This document shows positions 11,803 through 24,548 of a stretch of DNA of 64,000 bases, piece by piece. A program made the translations under genes and the position numbers. Under the pieces are notes generated by a model. The model ran no database searches. It was given only the letters and a program-made list of their open reading frames with translations, and had not been told where the DNA came from. How positions within the stretch are numbered: the first letter of the stretch is position 1; each line of letters opens with the position of its first letter. This DNA is from Eremomyces bilateralis CBS 781.70 (lineage: Eukaryota). The stretch is from NCBI GenBank assembly GCA_010015585.1, contig ML975152.1. One strand, 5' to 3'.

Positions 11803-13078
11803 ATGCCCGCTATCAAACCTCGCCCCACTCCGCCGCTTGGCCACGGAGGCCGCGTTCCAACGCTTATCGTGCGCCATCCCCACTACCCGGACTGCAACAC
11901 GCTCGTTAAGCTACCCGCCCTAGATGACGGCGATATAGTCGACTACGATGTAGCCCTCATTATCTGCGGCATCACCTCCGACAATAGCTGGAGCACCGGC
12001 TGGTTCGCTCGCTCAGCCGATGGCAGCAAGATGTGCACGCCAGGTGTGCCGTTAGTTGCCTCCGATGGTGACGTCTTCTACTTTGTCAGCGATCGAAACT
12101 GCAAGTCACAGCGATGATTCATTTGCCATGGCCAGGCGCCTCTAACAATCGCTTTCTGCAGACAAATATCCCGTATATGTTTCGTGGGATCACTGGCGTC
12201 TCCCTAGTACCGACGCCGACCTCCCCTCCGCTTTCTCCACCCTCGCGATTGATCCCTCACCGCCCTCACTCCGCAACAGCGGATACATGGAGGATCTCAA
12301 GGGCCGCGACCAGTTGTGCCAGGTATCGGGCATCATTGACTTCTGTGAACAAGCGCACTTGGTTCAGGCGGGGGAGAGGGAGTGGTGGGACTCCAATATG
12401 GGCGAGAGCAGCGACCTGGAGATTCAATCGGCGCTGAACGGAATACTATTGCGAGCCGACCTCCACCGGTCGTTTGACGCCGGCACATGGGTACCGATGG
12501 TAAGGGAGGGGGGCCGGCTAGTTGTATACGTGGTGCGAACAGCCGACGTGTCGAACCAGTTCGCCGCGCTGTGGCATAACATCGAGATGCAAAAGCTGGT
12601 GGGTGTCGACCGGCGTTGCCTGTTCGCATGTGTCGCGTGGGCGGTACTGTCACTGCATCACAAGTTTCTCGCCATCCGGTGACTAGCGAGCGACAACCTG
12701 TTGGTGCGGATGAAAGATGGTGAGCTGAAGGAGATGGCGCCTGAAGTGTTCAAGCAGTTTTCGCGCTCGCGATCGAAGAACCCGAGCCCAACGAAGCGGC
12801 CGCGGTTGCAGGCGCTTGAAGAGGATGGCGGCGTTATCGTCGACGTGGAGCTGAGTTGGGGTGATGAGGCCGGTGACGAGGACGCTGACGAAACAAAAAA
12901 CGACTTAAAGGAGGACAAAGAGCACCAACTCTACGACACTGACGAGTCGGTTCCGTACCAACGCGGCCGCAAACGCTTACAGAGCCCGGCGCCAGTTCCA
13001 CCATGCGACCTCGAGCTCGACCATCGCTGCATGCCGATAACCCCCTCGAAATTGCAGAAGCCCACAGCTGTGCGATAG
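11803..13078 (+). CDS. Fungal HNH endonuclease-domain protein (HNH_2-like) interrupted by an in-frame TGA; pseudogene or readthrough gene
   Basis: Exon 1 RHPHYP..LPALDDG..ALIICG; GC-AG intron 12101-12161; exon 2 YPVYVSWDHWRLP..RDQLCQVSG..EQAHLV..EREWWDSN..NGILLRADLHRSFD. TGA at 12680-12682, after which the same frame stays open to 13078. Confidence 0.75.
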
Positions 13079-13967
13079 GGTATGCTCTCTCATCCGCTTG
13101 TCCTCTAGCAGAACTCTTTTTTCGAGTTCAACAAAACCAGGTGCGCTTCCCATTCAGGACTGTCATATCGTGCTACGTGAGGCTGCGCTAGGGTCCCTAT
13201 ACGATCTCCATTTGGAGAACGAGGAATACTCCAAACTTGAAGAGGCTCGACACTGATCAGCACTACCGGGAGATGATGGAGCACAATCCGATAACGAACG
13301 AAGACCCAAGGAGAAGGTTTCACCGGAGAAGCGAAGGACAATAGAGTGCTCTCTTTGACGGGGTGAGGGAGTTGGTGAAAAGAGCTCACTTGCTGATTTT
13401 TAGATACAGCCTAACAATCAAAACAGCTCATGAAATACACGCAACTAACATTACTGATTAAAAGCCTTCGCTCTATTGGATAGGTGTCATTTCCCTAAAT
13501 GGAAAGACGTCTAAAATTGCAAGTCCAAGGATCTCAAAGACGAAGAGAGTTTGGTGTTGAACATTCCGATATATGCGCTCTAGAAGACCATACTCCTTTC
13601 TCCGATCGGGTAATTGAACATCCCATCCACGATTCCGTCATTGGCCCTGTTGGGGCATTACATGCGGCCCTTCCTTGAGCAAGAGGATAGCCATGAGTAG
13701 AGCGTATCCTTTTGTCTTCAAGGTTCTTAGGAGTGTGGTTAAGAGATGGGACTAGTTTTATTTCGAATCTGTGTCCAAAATGGGCTCTAGAGGCTATTTC
13801 GAGTTGGAAGCCCAAGCGGGCTTGACGGTCGAAATTCGAATTGTCTAAATTCCTTCGTGACTCAATCAGAAAAAAGAAGGATCGCGGGTAGCTATATGGG
13901 ACGCAGAACCTAGGGCCGTTTGGGGCTCTATGAAGACGGATTAAGATCCTTGTCTGGTGATCGGTCA

Positions 13968-14094
13968 GCTCACCTTGCTCACTGCCTCACTCAGCGCTCT
14001 CACCGCCGCACTCCCTACTCACCCAGTGCTCACCCAATGCTCACCTACAATTCGCTCAGTGTTCTCACTACCCCTCGACTCCACCACTGCTCGC
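13968..14094. repeat. Degenerate short-period (G)CTCAC repeat cluster
   Basis: About 8 CTCAC copies, including the near-tandem CTCACCCAGTG-CTCACCCAATG-CTCACCTAC. Confidence 0.55.
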
Positions 14095-14994
14095 CAAGCT
14101 GGCAAGCAAATCACCAGTAAGCTATGCTACCCCTTCTCAGTGAGGCCGGCATAAGCGATACTCGTGCAGTTTCAAAGCAAGGATGCGTAGTCATCTTAAT
14201 ACGAAGAACAGGCAAGGCGACGCGAAGGCAGCATTGTCAGATTCAGGTGGAAAGCGATGTAATGATAGATTTCTACTTTCAAAACGAGGAGCGTAAATTT
14301 TCCCTATTCGGCACGCTAAATTACATCTTTTGCTGTGGGCGGCTCTTTCCTCAGGCCGCAAGGCTACAACACAGACTGGGCGAAGCCCAAGACTATCACA
14401 CAATCTCAAGCTTCAGCTACTTTATCTAACTAGTTACAATTAATAGAATGCTAAAAAATCTTGTTGATTAAATATGTTTGTTTCCCTTGGGAGATATTAA
14501 GTGAAGTGTTACTAAGTGCTACTGAACCTGTACGGATCAAAATATTTCCGTTGTCCAGAGCCAAACCCTCACAAACTTGAGGTTCAACCATCAGCTTTCT
14601 GTAGCATCTGCTCCAAGATCGATACGTTAGATGCAGGGCCAGGGAACTGGGCATTCAGCTAGAACATACAACAAACTTTGCAGTGAGTTTGCTGCTGTCA
14701 CCAAATCACCTGACTCCCAACCATTTTAGCAATTAGCACATCCTAGTGCGACAACACTTTACCAGCATCTGTACTAACTACTACTCCGTAGTTAGTCCGA
14801 AGAAATCAATCTGGTGGTGCGGGGCTGTCCACATCTGGCTACTGTGTGTACTGTTCGGCCGTAATATTCGGTATTCTATTGCTGTGGTGGCTACGATATG
14901 TCATCATAAACAGGAAATATGCATTCTACAGAGTTAAGAGTACCTACGTCCTATATATAATTATCAGATCATACTTAATCCTGCTCTACCATAA

Positions 14995-16128
14995 ATGTCA
15001 TATTTTCGAGCTCTAGTAAGACCAACTCTAAGATCTAATCTTCCTCGGAATCTCTCACAGCGCCAAGTAAGCCGTCGACGGATGTCAACGTCACATAATC
15101 ACTTCGACTTCGCTAACCTCCGAAGCAGTCTCGAGCCATGCATATCAGGTCAATTCCGATGTGTATGTTTCTGCTTCGCTCCTATGAAGGGTGATGACAG
15201 CCAGAATAACAACGCCATAGGGGAGGGGTCGGGCAACAATTATGCCTACGTCGTCACGGATGACAAGACCAAGGATAGCGTCGTTATCGACCCGGCACAT
15301 CCACGAGAGTAAGTCCAAGTCCATGCTCTGCTTGTCAAATATCAAATTCGCTAACCGAAGTGCAGAGTCCTGCCAGTCCTGAAGGAGCTGGTATCCCGGG
15401 GAGATATCAAGCTCACTAACATCGTGAACACGCACCAGTACGTTTCCAGATCGATACGATGATCATCCGCTGATGTTTTTCCACAGTCATCATGACCACG
15501 CTGGCGGAAACGTCGAGATGGTAAGGCCGAACCCGCGCAGCATGAATCCGGTCATGGAAACTGATATCCAGTGCAGCTACAACATTACCCTGTTCCCATC
15601 ATCGGTGGCGCAAAGTGCGACCAGGTGACCACCACTCCCTCCCATAACAGCACATTTCCCATCGGCTCGTCCATTAGCGTGCGTGCCCTACACACCCCGT
15701 GCCATACGCAGGACAGCATCTGCTACTACTTGGAAGACTCCTCGACGAACCAGCGGGCCGTGTTCACGGGGGATACACTGTTCATCGGCGGGTGCGGCCG
15801 GTTCTTCGAGGGTAACGCCGCGGAGATGGACAAAGCGCTGAACGAGATGCTGGCGGCGCTGCCTGATGATACCGCCGTGTACCCTGGGCACGAGTATACG
15901 AAGGGCAACGTCAAGTTTGCTGTCTTAGTTAGCCAGAGCGACGCCGTGTTGGGCCTCAAGAAGTTTGCGGACGAGAATAAGGAGACGCAGGGGAAGTTTA
16001 CCATCGGTGACGAGAAGAAGCATAATGTCTTTATGCGTTTGGAGGATCCTGAGATCGTGAAGGCGACTGGTAAAAACACCAGGACGGAAGTGATGGCGAG
16101 ATTGCGAGAGATGAAGAACGCATCGTAA
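14995..16128 (+). CDS. GLO2: Hydroxyacylglutathione hydrolase (glyoxalase II) with N-terminal presequence exon
   Basis: Spliced MHIRSIPMWEGSGNNYAY, NTHHHHDHAGGN (metallo-beta-lactamase motif), HTPCHTQDSICY, FTGDTLFIGGCGRFFEG, YPGHEYT. Five introns, the first two at 15067-15128 and 15163-15220. Confidence 0.95.
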
Positions 16129-16412
16129 GCCAGATGTTGCCGATGTACTCATGCCGACGCTAGAATAAACTGATTGATATCATTCTGTAACTACGACTAA
16201 ATAGTATTCCAGCCGTCCCAGAAGCCGTTATCGAATATAGCCTCACTATACAATTGCAGAGCAAATATTAACACATCTGTGACCGTGACAATCGCGCAAC
16301 ATATCTATACACAGCGAGAAATATGTCTCATCCAACGGAGTGAAGCAAGCGTACCAATCAAATACCAGGGTGATGCCAAACCAATATTCATCACGCTAAC
16401 TAAAAGGGACTT

Positions 16413-18368
16413 TCAATATCCAGGCGAATAAGAGAAGGGAGAACTAGAGCCCCGAACCTGGGACCTAAGGGCACGTACTTCATCCTCCAGGTCCCGCATG
16501 CCCATATGCCTATTGAACGCCGCCTCTTCCTCCAACTGTATCTTCAAGAGCCTGGCTTGACGCAAAAGTGAATGTCGTTTGTCCTCGATATAGTTCAGCG
16601 CGTCGGTCTCCCGCTCGTACCCGTCGTCTTTAAAGTAGTCGCCGTAGCCTGGCGGAATGTCGATGTTCGCTTGTCCACCCGGACGGCCTGAAAATGGAGG
16701 GGCGGCGGGGCCTAGGCCCGGTGGATACAGTTGCGGGAGAGCGCCGATTCCGTGTCGATATTCAAAGGTGGGTGGGGGCTCGGGCGCGAGGACGGGAGGG
16801 CTTCGGCGAGGGGGGGATTCGTCTTGATAATAGGGACGGTGGGAATTCATGTAGCTGAATGGTGGTGGTGACATGGGAGAAATAGGAGTGTGTGGCCGTG
16901 GGAGCGGTCTCTCGACACGACGCGAGCGAGGCTGTTCGAAAGATGTTGTCAAGGGAGATACGGGGGGGGGTGGCCTTTGGAGCGGCCTTTCGATGCGATG
17001 CTGGCGAGGCTGTTGATAGCGAGGCTGTTGATGGTGTCGGCCCTGGGGCTTTCCCCCTTTGTGATAAGGTTTTGTCAGCCGGGGCTCGACATAGCAGCTG
17101 CCTGGACTGCTCGGCGGCGTGTCATCCGTGAGACCACCGCCTGAATAGCAAGAGGAGCCATCGTCCATGTACAGCGTCTCGGAGGAGCTCTCCCGGTGAG
17201 GGATCCGCCGACCTTTCGTGTAGTAGCTCTGCTCTCTCCTCCCAGGGCGATTCGGGATCACGATGGGGTCGGACTGCCGTAAATTCTTCCTGGAATGCTT
17301 GTGGCCAAGCTTCGCCGCATCCTCGTGGCCTCGCTCGAACGTCTTAGTCAACCGCTCGGAAAACGGCTCGTCTTTCGGGAGCTTCATGGTCGACGTGGAT
17401 GTGGTGACGTGCTCCACCTGGATCTTCTTCTCTTCCTCACTGTCGGAGGAAAAGTCATGCTTCAGAGCCTTTTTGCTCCCCTTCTTGGCCACTTTGCTAT
17501 CATTCTTCCCTTGGACGACGGTTATTCCTTTGGGGGCTTTCTGCGTCGGCATGCCCAGGGGGGGAGGCAGAATTGGTGCCCCTCCCGTTGGCGGTGGTGG
17601 CGGAGCCATCTGCTGGGGGTGACTTGGCTTGACAGCAGGGTTCGATCCTAGATTTGGTAGATGGTGTGGGGCACTAGGAGGCGGGTATCCTTGAGAGAGC
17701 CCATTCTGCGGAGGCATATGCGGATATGCTGGATTCGGAAATTGTGTAGGATATCCCGACGTCATATATCCCAAGGATGAGGCCAACGCACGAGAATTCG
17801 CCGAGTCGGTCTTCTGTTGACGTTTCAAGATCACCGAGATTTCAGGGATTTCCGGTAGGCCTTGAGTTTTCTTTTCATGCCAGTCACAATACACCAGCAC
17901 CCATTCACCATGAGGGTCATGCTCTTGATGCATACTGTTCATATGGTTGATGAACTTCTCAACCTGCATCCCACCCTTGCTTGTCTTGCTGCTGAGCTTG
18001 TTGAGTTGCTCTTGAGGTGTCTTCCGGCTGTCCACTTTTCGTTTCTTCACCAGTTGTGCCATTTCGGTCTCAGGGGCATGCAACGGAGAAGGATCAATTG
18101 CATCCCAGCCCTGACGTTTATTTGGCGGTAAGTTAGGATTTAATAATTTGCGCAGCTTCCACATGGAGTACGTGGGCACGGTAATCTTTTGATTGCCTGG
18201 TGATTGACCATGTCGGATACCAGTGGTGCCAGGAGCGACATTTCCTTGGCGAGGAGGTCCCGACGGAGGTCCCGACGGGGGGCCAGAAGGGGGCCATGGA
18301 GGTGCTCCCGCGTGCTGCGGAGGCATTCCACTAGGAGGCGGTAGAGGAACCTGCCCGTGTTGCATCAT
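16413..18368 (-). CDS. Proline-rich hypothetical protein (~650 aa)
   Basis: Long uninterrupted ORF with first ATG at 18368 (MMQHGQV). Mostly low-complexity, with a small globular-looking segment (YSMWKLRK..GEWVLVY..ISVILKR). No family recognised. Confidence 0.7.
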   Translation of the reverse strand: MMQHGQVPLPPPSGMPPQHAGAPPWPPSGPPSGPPSGPPRQGNVAPGTTGIRHGQSPGNQKITVPTYSMWKLRKLLNPNLPPNKRQGWDAIDPSPLHAPETEMAQLVKKRKVDSRKTPQEQLNKLSSKTSKGGMQVEKFINHMNSMHQEHDPHGEWVLVYCDWHEKKTQGLPEIPEISVILKRQQKTDSANSRALASSLGYMTSGYPTQFPNPAYPHMPPQNGLSQGYPPPSAPHHLPNLGSNPAVKPSHPQQMAPPPPPTGGAPILPPPLGMPTQKAPKGITVVQGKNDSKVAKKGSKKALKHDFSSDSEEEKKIQVEHVTTSTSTMKLPKDEPFSERLTKTFERGHEDAAKLGHKHSRKNLRQSDPIVIPNRPGRREQSYYTKGRRIPHRESSSETLYMDDGSSCYSGGGLTDDTPPSSPGSCYVEPRLTKPYHKGGKPQGRHHQQPRYQQPRQHRIERPLQRPPPPVSPLTTSFEQPRSRRVERPLPRPHTPISPMSPPPFSYMNSHRPYYQDESPPRRSPPVLAPEPPPTFEYRHGIGALPQLYPPGLGPAAPPFSGRPGGQANIDIPPGYGDYFKDDGYERETDALNYIEDKRHSLLRQARLLKIQLEEEAAFNRHMGMRDLEDEVRALRSQVRGSSSPFSYSPGY

Positions 18369-20689
18369 CTTGACAGATATGCAGAGGAGGTGACTGATTG
18401 ATAGAGGTGGCTCAGAGGATTTGAAAAATGTAAGCGAGTACACTATAGCCGAAATAACTGCGTGTCTCGTAAAAATTGAACGACTTCATACGATGCTGGA
18501 TGGGGTAGAACGAAGGAGATGCGGTATAATGGGGATATGGGTGGATTATATGAAAATCGAGCATCGCCAGACACGGGCTCAACCATCCTTACCAATCCAA
18601 CCCTACAGCAGACCTCAATGGACTAGAACAGCATGGACCGGATTACTAGGTGGTAATTGGATACTGCTTGATATCTTGGTTACACCAAGAGGCAGAATGA
18701 GGCGGCATTGAACAGCTGATGGAACTTTTTGATGACATTTGACCATTTCTGCAGGGGAACAATCCAGCCATCACCCTCAAACTTGAATGATATACGAGCT
18801 ACCCGTGCTGGGTGTCGCAAGCTCGAAATAATGCACTATGTCCGGTCAGCGTCTTGTCATTGGGGTGGAAGGGGGTCATAGCCTTGGAGCTCAAGTATGA
18901 AGTGAAGGGGAAAAAGAGGCGTCGGTCGATTGATCGCCTCGATGCTGACCGGTGTGGTCGACATGGGTAAGGATGGGAAGTTAAACGCCTTAAATGGAAT
19001 GACTCGGATATACTTGCGGGTTTTGTCCTATCCTTCCGCTCTAGAAGCGTCGGTACACCTTCCATGGAGAACCTTGTGGATGGTGGTCGAGACGGGACCC
19101 TTCTCGGAAGGACTCGATCCATTGATTCACCCAGACGAAGCATTTGAATGGCTGTGTGCCTTGAGAAAGTTGAGAGAGCATCTGGGGTGGCACCCAAAAA
19201 ACCGGGTAATGCACTCGGTTCTCGTGCGCCGTTCCTGCTGCCCTGCGTTGTGAACACATCCCAACTTACTGTCTCAAACTTCCGGAGAAAAGAAGGATGC
19301 AGCTTTCAGTCCCTGAATTCGAGGCAACTTGCTGACCGACATGCAACGGGGCATACGCTGTTACGTACGTCCCGATAAAGGTCCCGAACACATCCGTTGG
19401 TCTTGGAAATTGCCCTCGACTTTGACCGTCCTGTAGTCAAAATAAGATTTCCCTTGATCCCGAAACTACCTGTAAGTATGCTCGCTCTTTGGTCGAACTG
19501 CGGGTTCTCCACATGGTGAGCCGCTCTCTGCATCGTCCTCGCATCGTTCTCTGCAGCCTGGGGAGTTCGCGGGAGCTCGTCGCGATGGTTGGAACTGCCA
19601 GCCTTGCAGATGCAGGAATAGAGTACACGGCATTGGTGCAGCCTGATGGTTCTGCGTCCGCGCGGCTCGAGTATCCATTAGGGATGAGGCCGCCGATAAC
19701 TCGAAAAGTGAGGCGGACGAGTTAAAAATGCGATTTTCCTCAGCTGCTGGAGGTGCAGCTGTCGTCGTCCTCGATCGGATCCCTGACCAGGTACATGGGT
19801 GGTGAGCTTCGGTGTGATTCGACGTATTCGACCCAATCGACTTTCCTTGGATTCACTATTAAAAGATTGGAGGTCAAATCACCATTAGGCAAATAAACCA
19901 GGTCAAAGTGTTGGGGCAAGATTTGGACGAAGAGGAGCTAGTATTCGGCCACGGCGTTCTGACACTTCATCAATCCATCCCAATTGAGCAATTGTGACCA
20001 TGTCATAAGGAATGCTTCTGAGACAACATACGTACTACCTTCGGTGCAGAAATTGATAGCGAGTGAAGCCCCGGGGATAATCAGATATCCGAACAGAGGC
20101 CCTGTGCGTCTTTCAATCGCTCATTGCAAGACAGGGAACGAAGGCGGAGAAGACGAGTAAGGCGCCGGATATGGCACTTATTGGGAGTCTCAGACGGGTC
20201 CGCACCGCCAGCAGTCCATTCCGAATTGCCGGTAGCCTTGTCTCGCCGTCCGCTGATCACTACTCCACATCCAGAGCGAGGCTCCGTTTAGGAAAGCTTG
20301 GGGGACACCAATCCTACTAGGAACTGGGCAGTGCAAGCTTCCTCGGAAACCTAGATCGGGGAGTCCATTGCCGGCTATAAAGGGCCTTGGGAGGAACTGC
20401 ACTGGTGGAACAGCGAACTTCCTAGCCGATATGATCGGGAGAGCATAATTCGTGGATTGAACATCTGCCGGATTTACAGAAAACATGCTGCTGACAGGAT
20501 ATCGGAGACGTGTATTGGATTTACCTAGACTGCTCGTCACTGATATACATACTTTCCCGCGAGCGGGTTTGCCTAGGAGTCAAGACTCTGGACAGTAGAT
20601 CACAATGTAACCGCCTTACTTGCAAAGGATACTGTGGAAGAGTGCTCTGTTTAGATCCCTAGGTGACCTTGGGTCTAAAACCCACCCAT

Positions 20690-21769
<1,080 letters not shown>

Positions 21770-21858
21770 GGTTGCAATTGGGGGTGGATCACAATGTAAC
21801 TGGTAGGATTGAAATGATAGAGGTCGTTATAGAGGAATTTATTCTGGAAAACTTTGTT

Positions 21859-21888
21859 GTAGTAGTAGTAGTGAGTAGTAGTAGTGAG
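21859..21888. repeat. (TAG)n microsatellite upstream of TPI1
   Basis: GTAGTAGTAGTAGTGAGTAGTAGTAGTGAG. Confidence 0.7.
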
Positions 21889-22340
21889 AAATGACAACAG
21901 ACAGACTCGGAGCAGTGGTGGGGTGTTGGTGGGGAGAGACAGCAGTGAGATCTGGTGAGAGCCCCGCGAATGGCGACGTGGGAGGTCTAGCCAAAACAAA
22001 AATTCCTTCGTACAGTAAGGCACCTATGTCATCAAAACTATCGCCGAATGTCGGAGCAGTGCATGACCAACAACATAATCGGTATCATCGGTAAGAAGGT
22101 GTGTGCGATTTCATTGTTATGCGCCCCGATTCCTTCCGTGGACGACGTATTGCCAAATCCGTTTCCAATCCTTCCAGCCGACCTTATCCTTCCCACCATC
22201 CAGCCCAACAATGTAAACCTAACATGAGACCCAACTAAAACACCAAGTATGCTCGCTAAATGAAGAATCCAAGGGCCCCCGATAGCTTCGTGGTGGACAT
22301 AGCAGACCTCTCACGAGCGAGTTTCGGATGTGGCAGGCGC

Positions 22341-23105
22341 TTACTGTTCAACACCTTTAGGAGCGAACCCCGAATGATCCGAATGTCTTTTGTAGAAGTA
22401 TGAGCTCTCCTTGACGACTAGATCCTCAGGGAGTTGGTCGAGCACCGTTTTTAGGATCCCGTCCACTCCTTCTTTGTGATCTGCATCGCGATTCCAGATC
22501 GACACGAGCATGCTAGTAAATCGAACGGACAATGAAATGCCGCATATATCATCGATAAACGCTGTTAAGTATTAGCCAGGAGAAAGCTCGGTTCTGAGAG
22601 CATATCGCATACTCGTCCTCTTGCTTGCCACCGCCTCTTGTAGCACCTCTCCGATCGCCATGAGACTAATCTCCTGCCAAAAGGCCTTCGCTTTGTCCTT
22701 CGGAACGCGGAATGTCCATGCTCCACCCTTCACGTTCCTAGGATCCTCCCAAAGGGGTTTGACGCCCTTATGGAAAAGATGGATGCTGTCTCGCAGCGGC
22801 AGCGTGGAGATGTCGAAGTTATTGAACACCTCCCAGAATTCCCGCACGTCCGCGATGGTATGCAGCTTGACCAGGCGGTCTTCGTATGAACCCTCGACCG
22901 TTGCCGCCGTGTCCTCGGGTTTCTTTCGCCCCTGGCGATCGTGCCAGAATTCCCACCCATGGACGAGAGGAGGCGCTCGAAGCTTTTGGAGCAGGTTCGT
23001 GCGCATCTGCTTGCCGCGTGCTGGGGACTGCGTCGAGGCTGCGTCGGATTCGGACTCAACGGGGAGATTCTTCATGTTAACTCGCAGTTCTGGGCGGAGT
23101 GCCAT
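22341..23105 (-). CDS. eIF4E-family cap-binding protein (non-canonical, class II/4EHP-like paralogue), 2 coding exons
   Basis: PPLVHGWEFWHD, YEDRLVKL..VREFWEVFNN, HLFHKGVKPLWEDPRNVKGGAW, DDICGISLSVRF..VSIWNRD. Tyr appears to replace the first cap-stacking Trp. Confidence 0.88.
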
Positions 23106-23924
23106 GGCTCTGATTTGGGCGGAATATGATATATGATGGGTTCAAAATCGGGTATATCGTGGTATGTCCGTATCAGGGGGTATGAACTGATAGGAACCGT
23201 TCGAGATCGAGGGAACTCTCGGCTTTAATATATTGTGACTGGTGACACGGGTGGTAGTTAGCAACCTGAGATTTAGTAAGGTAATGTTATTGAACAATAA
23301 TTCCATAGGTAGTCTCTGTTCAAATACATGACGAACAACGCCAGGTTCAAGTCCTGGCGAAACGCTTTCAAAGAGGACAGTCAAGAATAGCGTCGGACAT
23401 AGATGGGTATGATGGACGGCTCAGACGCTTTGAAACTGCAGCGAAACAAGGACGATATTATGGTACAGATAGCAAGTAGTTCGGTACTTAACGCATATAA
23501 GGCATGACGTACTTACAAACAACACTCTGCAGTACTAAGAGAAGGATGATAGGAATGGCAGCAGAGGGGTGACTTGTTTGGATAAGGCTTCAAGAGAGGT
23601 TAAGTAGGGATCGTACATCTGATGTTTATGAGGGAGGCATGCTCCTCGATCACGCCCTCTAATGTTAACAGATACTCAAACATTTGAATGATAATTAGTC
23701 CGCAATTCCAGAGAGCCTGAGCCCAACCACCTGGGGGAGCAGTGTGACGGGGAGGGATCAGGGATGTTGGAGATTCAACCAGCTTCCCCGATACACTTCC
23801 CCTCAGTTCCACTCGGTCAATTGCATGCACCATTGACTGGTAGAATCGACACGGAACTGGAGATTATGCCTAGAGGTATCTGGACGCACAGTACTTACCC
23901 GAGTATTACATCTACGAGGAGGAA

Positions 23925-24548
23925 ATGTCCGATTCACCTTTCCTCCGCCTCCCCGCGGAACTGCGCGAGCTCATATATAACCATGTCCTCGTCTTCACCA
24001 TCTCCCATAAGCTCCGCCGCCTCTTCTCCCGCGGTCACCTCTCCACCTATCTCCTCGACGCGAGCCCCTACTCTTTCCCCGTCTCACTCCTCCAAACATG
24101 CCGCCTCATCCACTCCGAAGCCACCCCGATCCTCTACACCCGCAACACCTTCACCGCCCACCCCGAGCTGCTCACCTCCCTCCCGTGCCTCCTCGCCCCC
24201 GAGCGTCCCATCCGCTCCCCGCGCGTCACCCGCTTGATCCAACGCTGGTACATCGGCGTCCGGCTGGACATCGACCCACCGTATTCCCGCGACGCCGTCT
24301 CGCGCGCGTTCACTGGAGTCAAAAGCCTGGTGATCGAACCGTATCAGCCGATGTTCGACCCGGTGGAGCCGAGGGGGGCGCTGCGGTTGTTCGAGGGGGT
24401 GCGGGGCGTGCGGCGGGCGAAGGTGCTGATGACGTTCGGGGGGGATGGGTGGGGCAAGTATGCGGAGTGGTTGGAGGACGCGATCAGGGCGGACGTGGAT
24501 GCGGAGGTTGAGGAGTATCCGGAGGGCAGCGACGTAGAGGAAGACTGA
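23925..24548 (+). CDS. Fungal hypothetical protein with N-terminal F-box-like (LPAELRELIY) motif
   Basis: 207-aa ORF, GC3-rich; SPFLRLPAELRELIYNHVL..LLQTCRLIHSEATPILYTRNTF. Confidence 0.8.
   Translation: MSDSPFLRLPAELRELIYNHVLVFTISHKLRRLFSRGHLSTYLLDASPYSFPVSLLQTCRLIHSEATPILYTRNTFTAHPELLTSLPCLLAPERPIRSPRVTRLIQRWYIGVRLDIDPPYSRDAVSRAFTGVKSLVIEPYQPMFDPVEPRGALRLFEGVRGVRRAKVLMTFGGDGWGKYAEWLEDAIRADVDAEVEEYPEGSDVEED

Noticed and set aside
18700..20600. Several 60-150 aa ORFs in the gap before TPI1
   Set aside because: No motifs and no consistent gene model.
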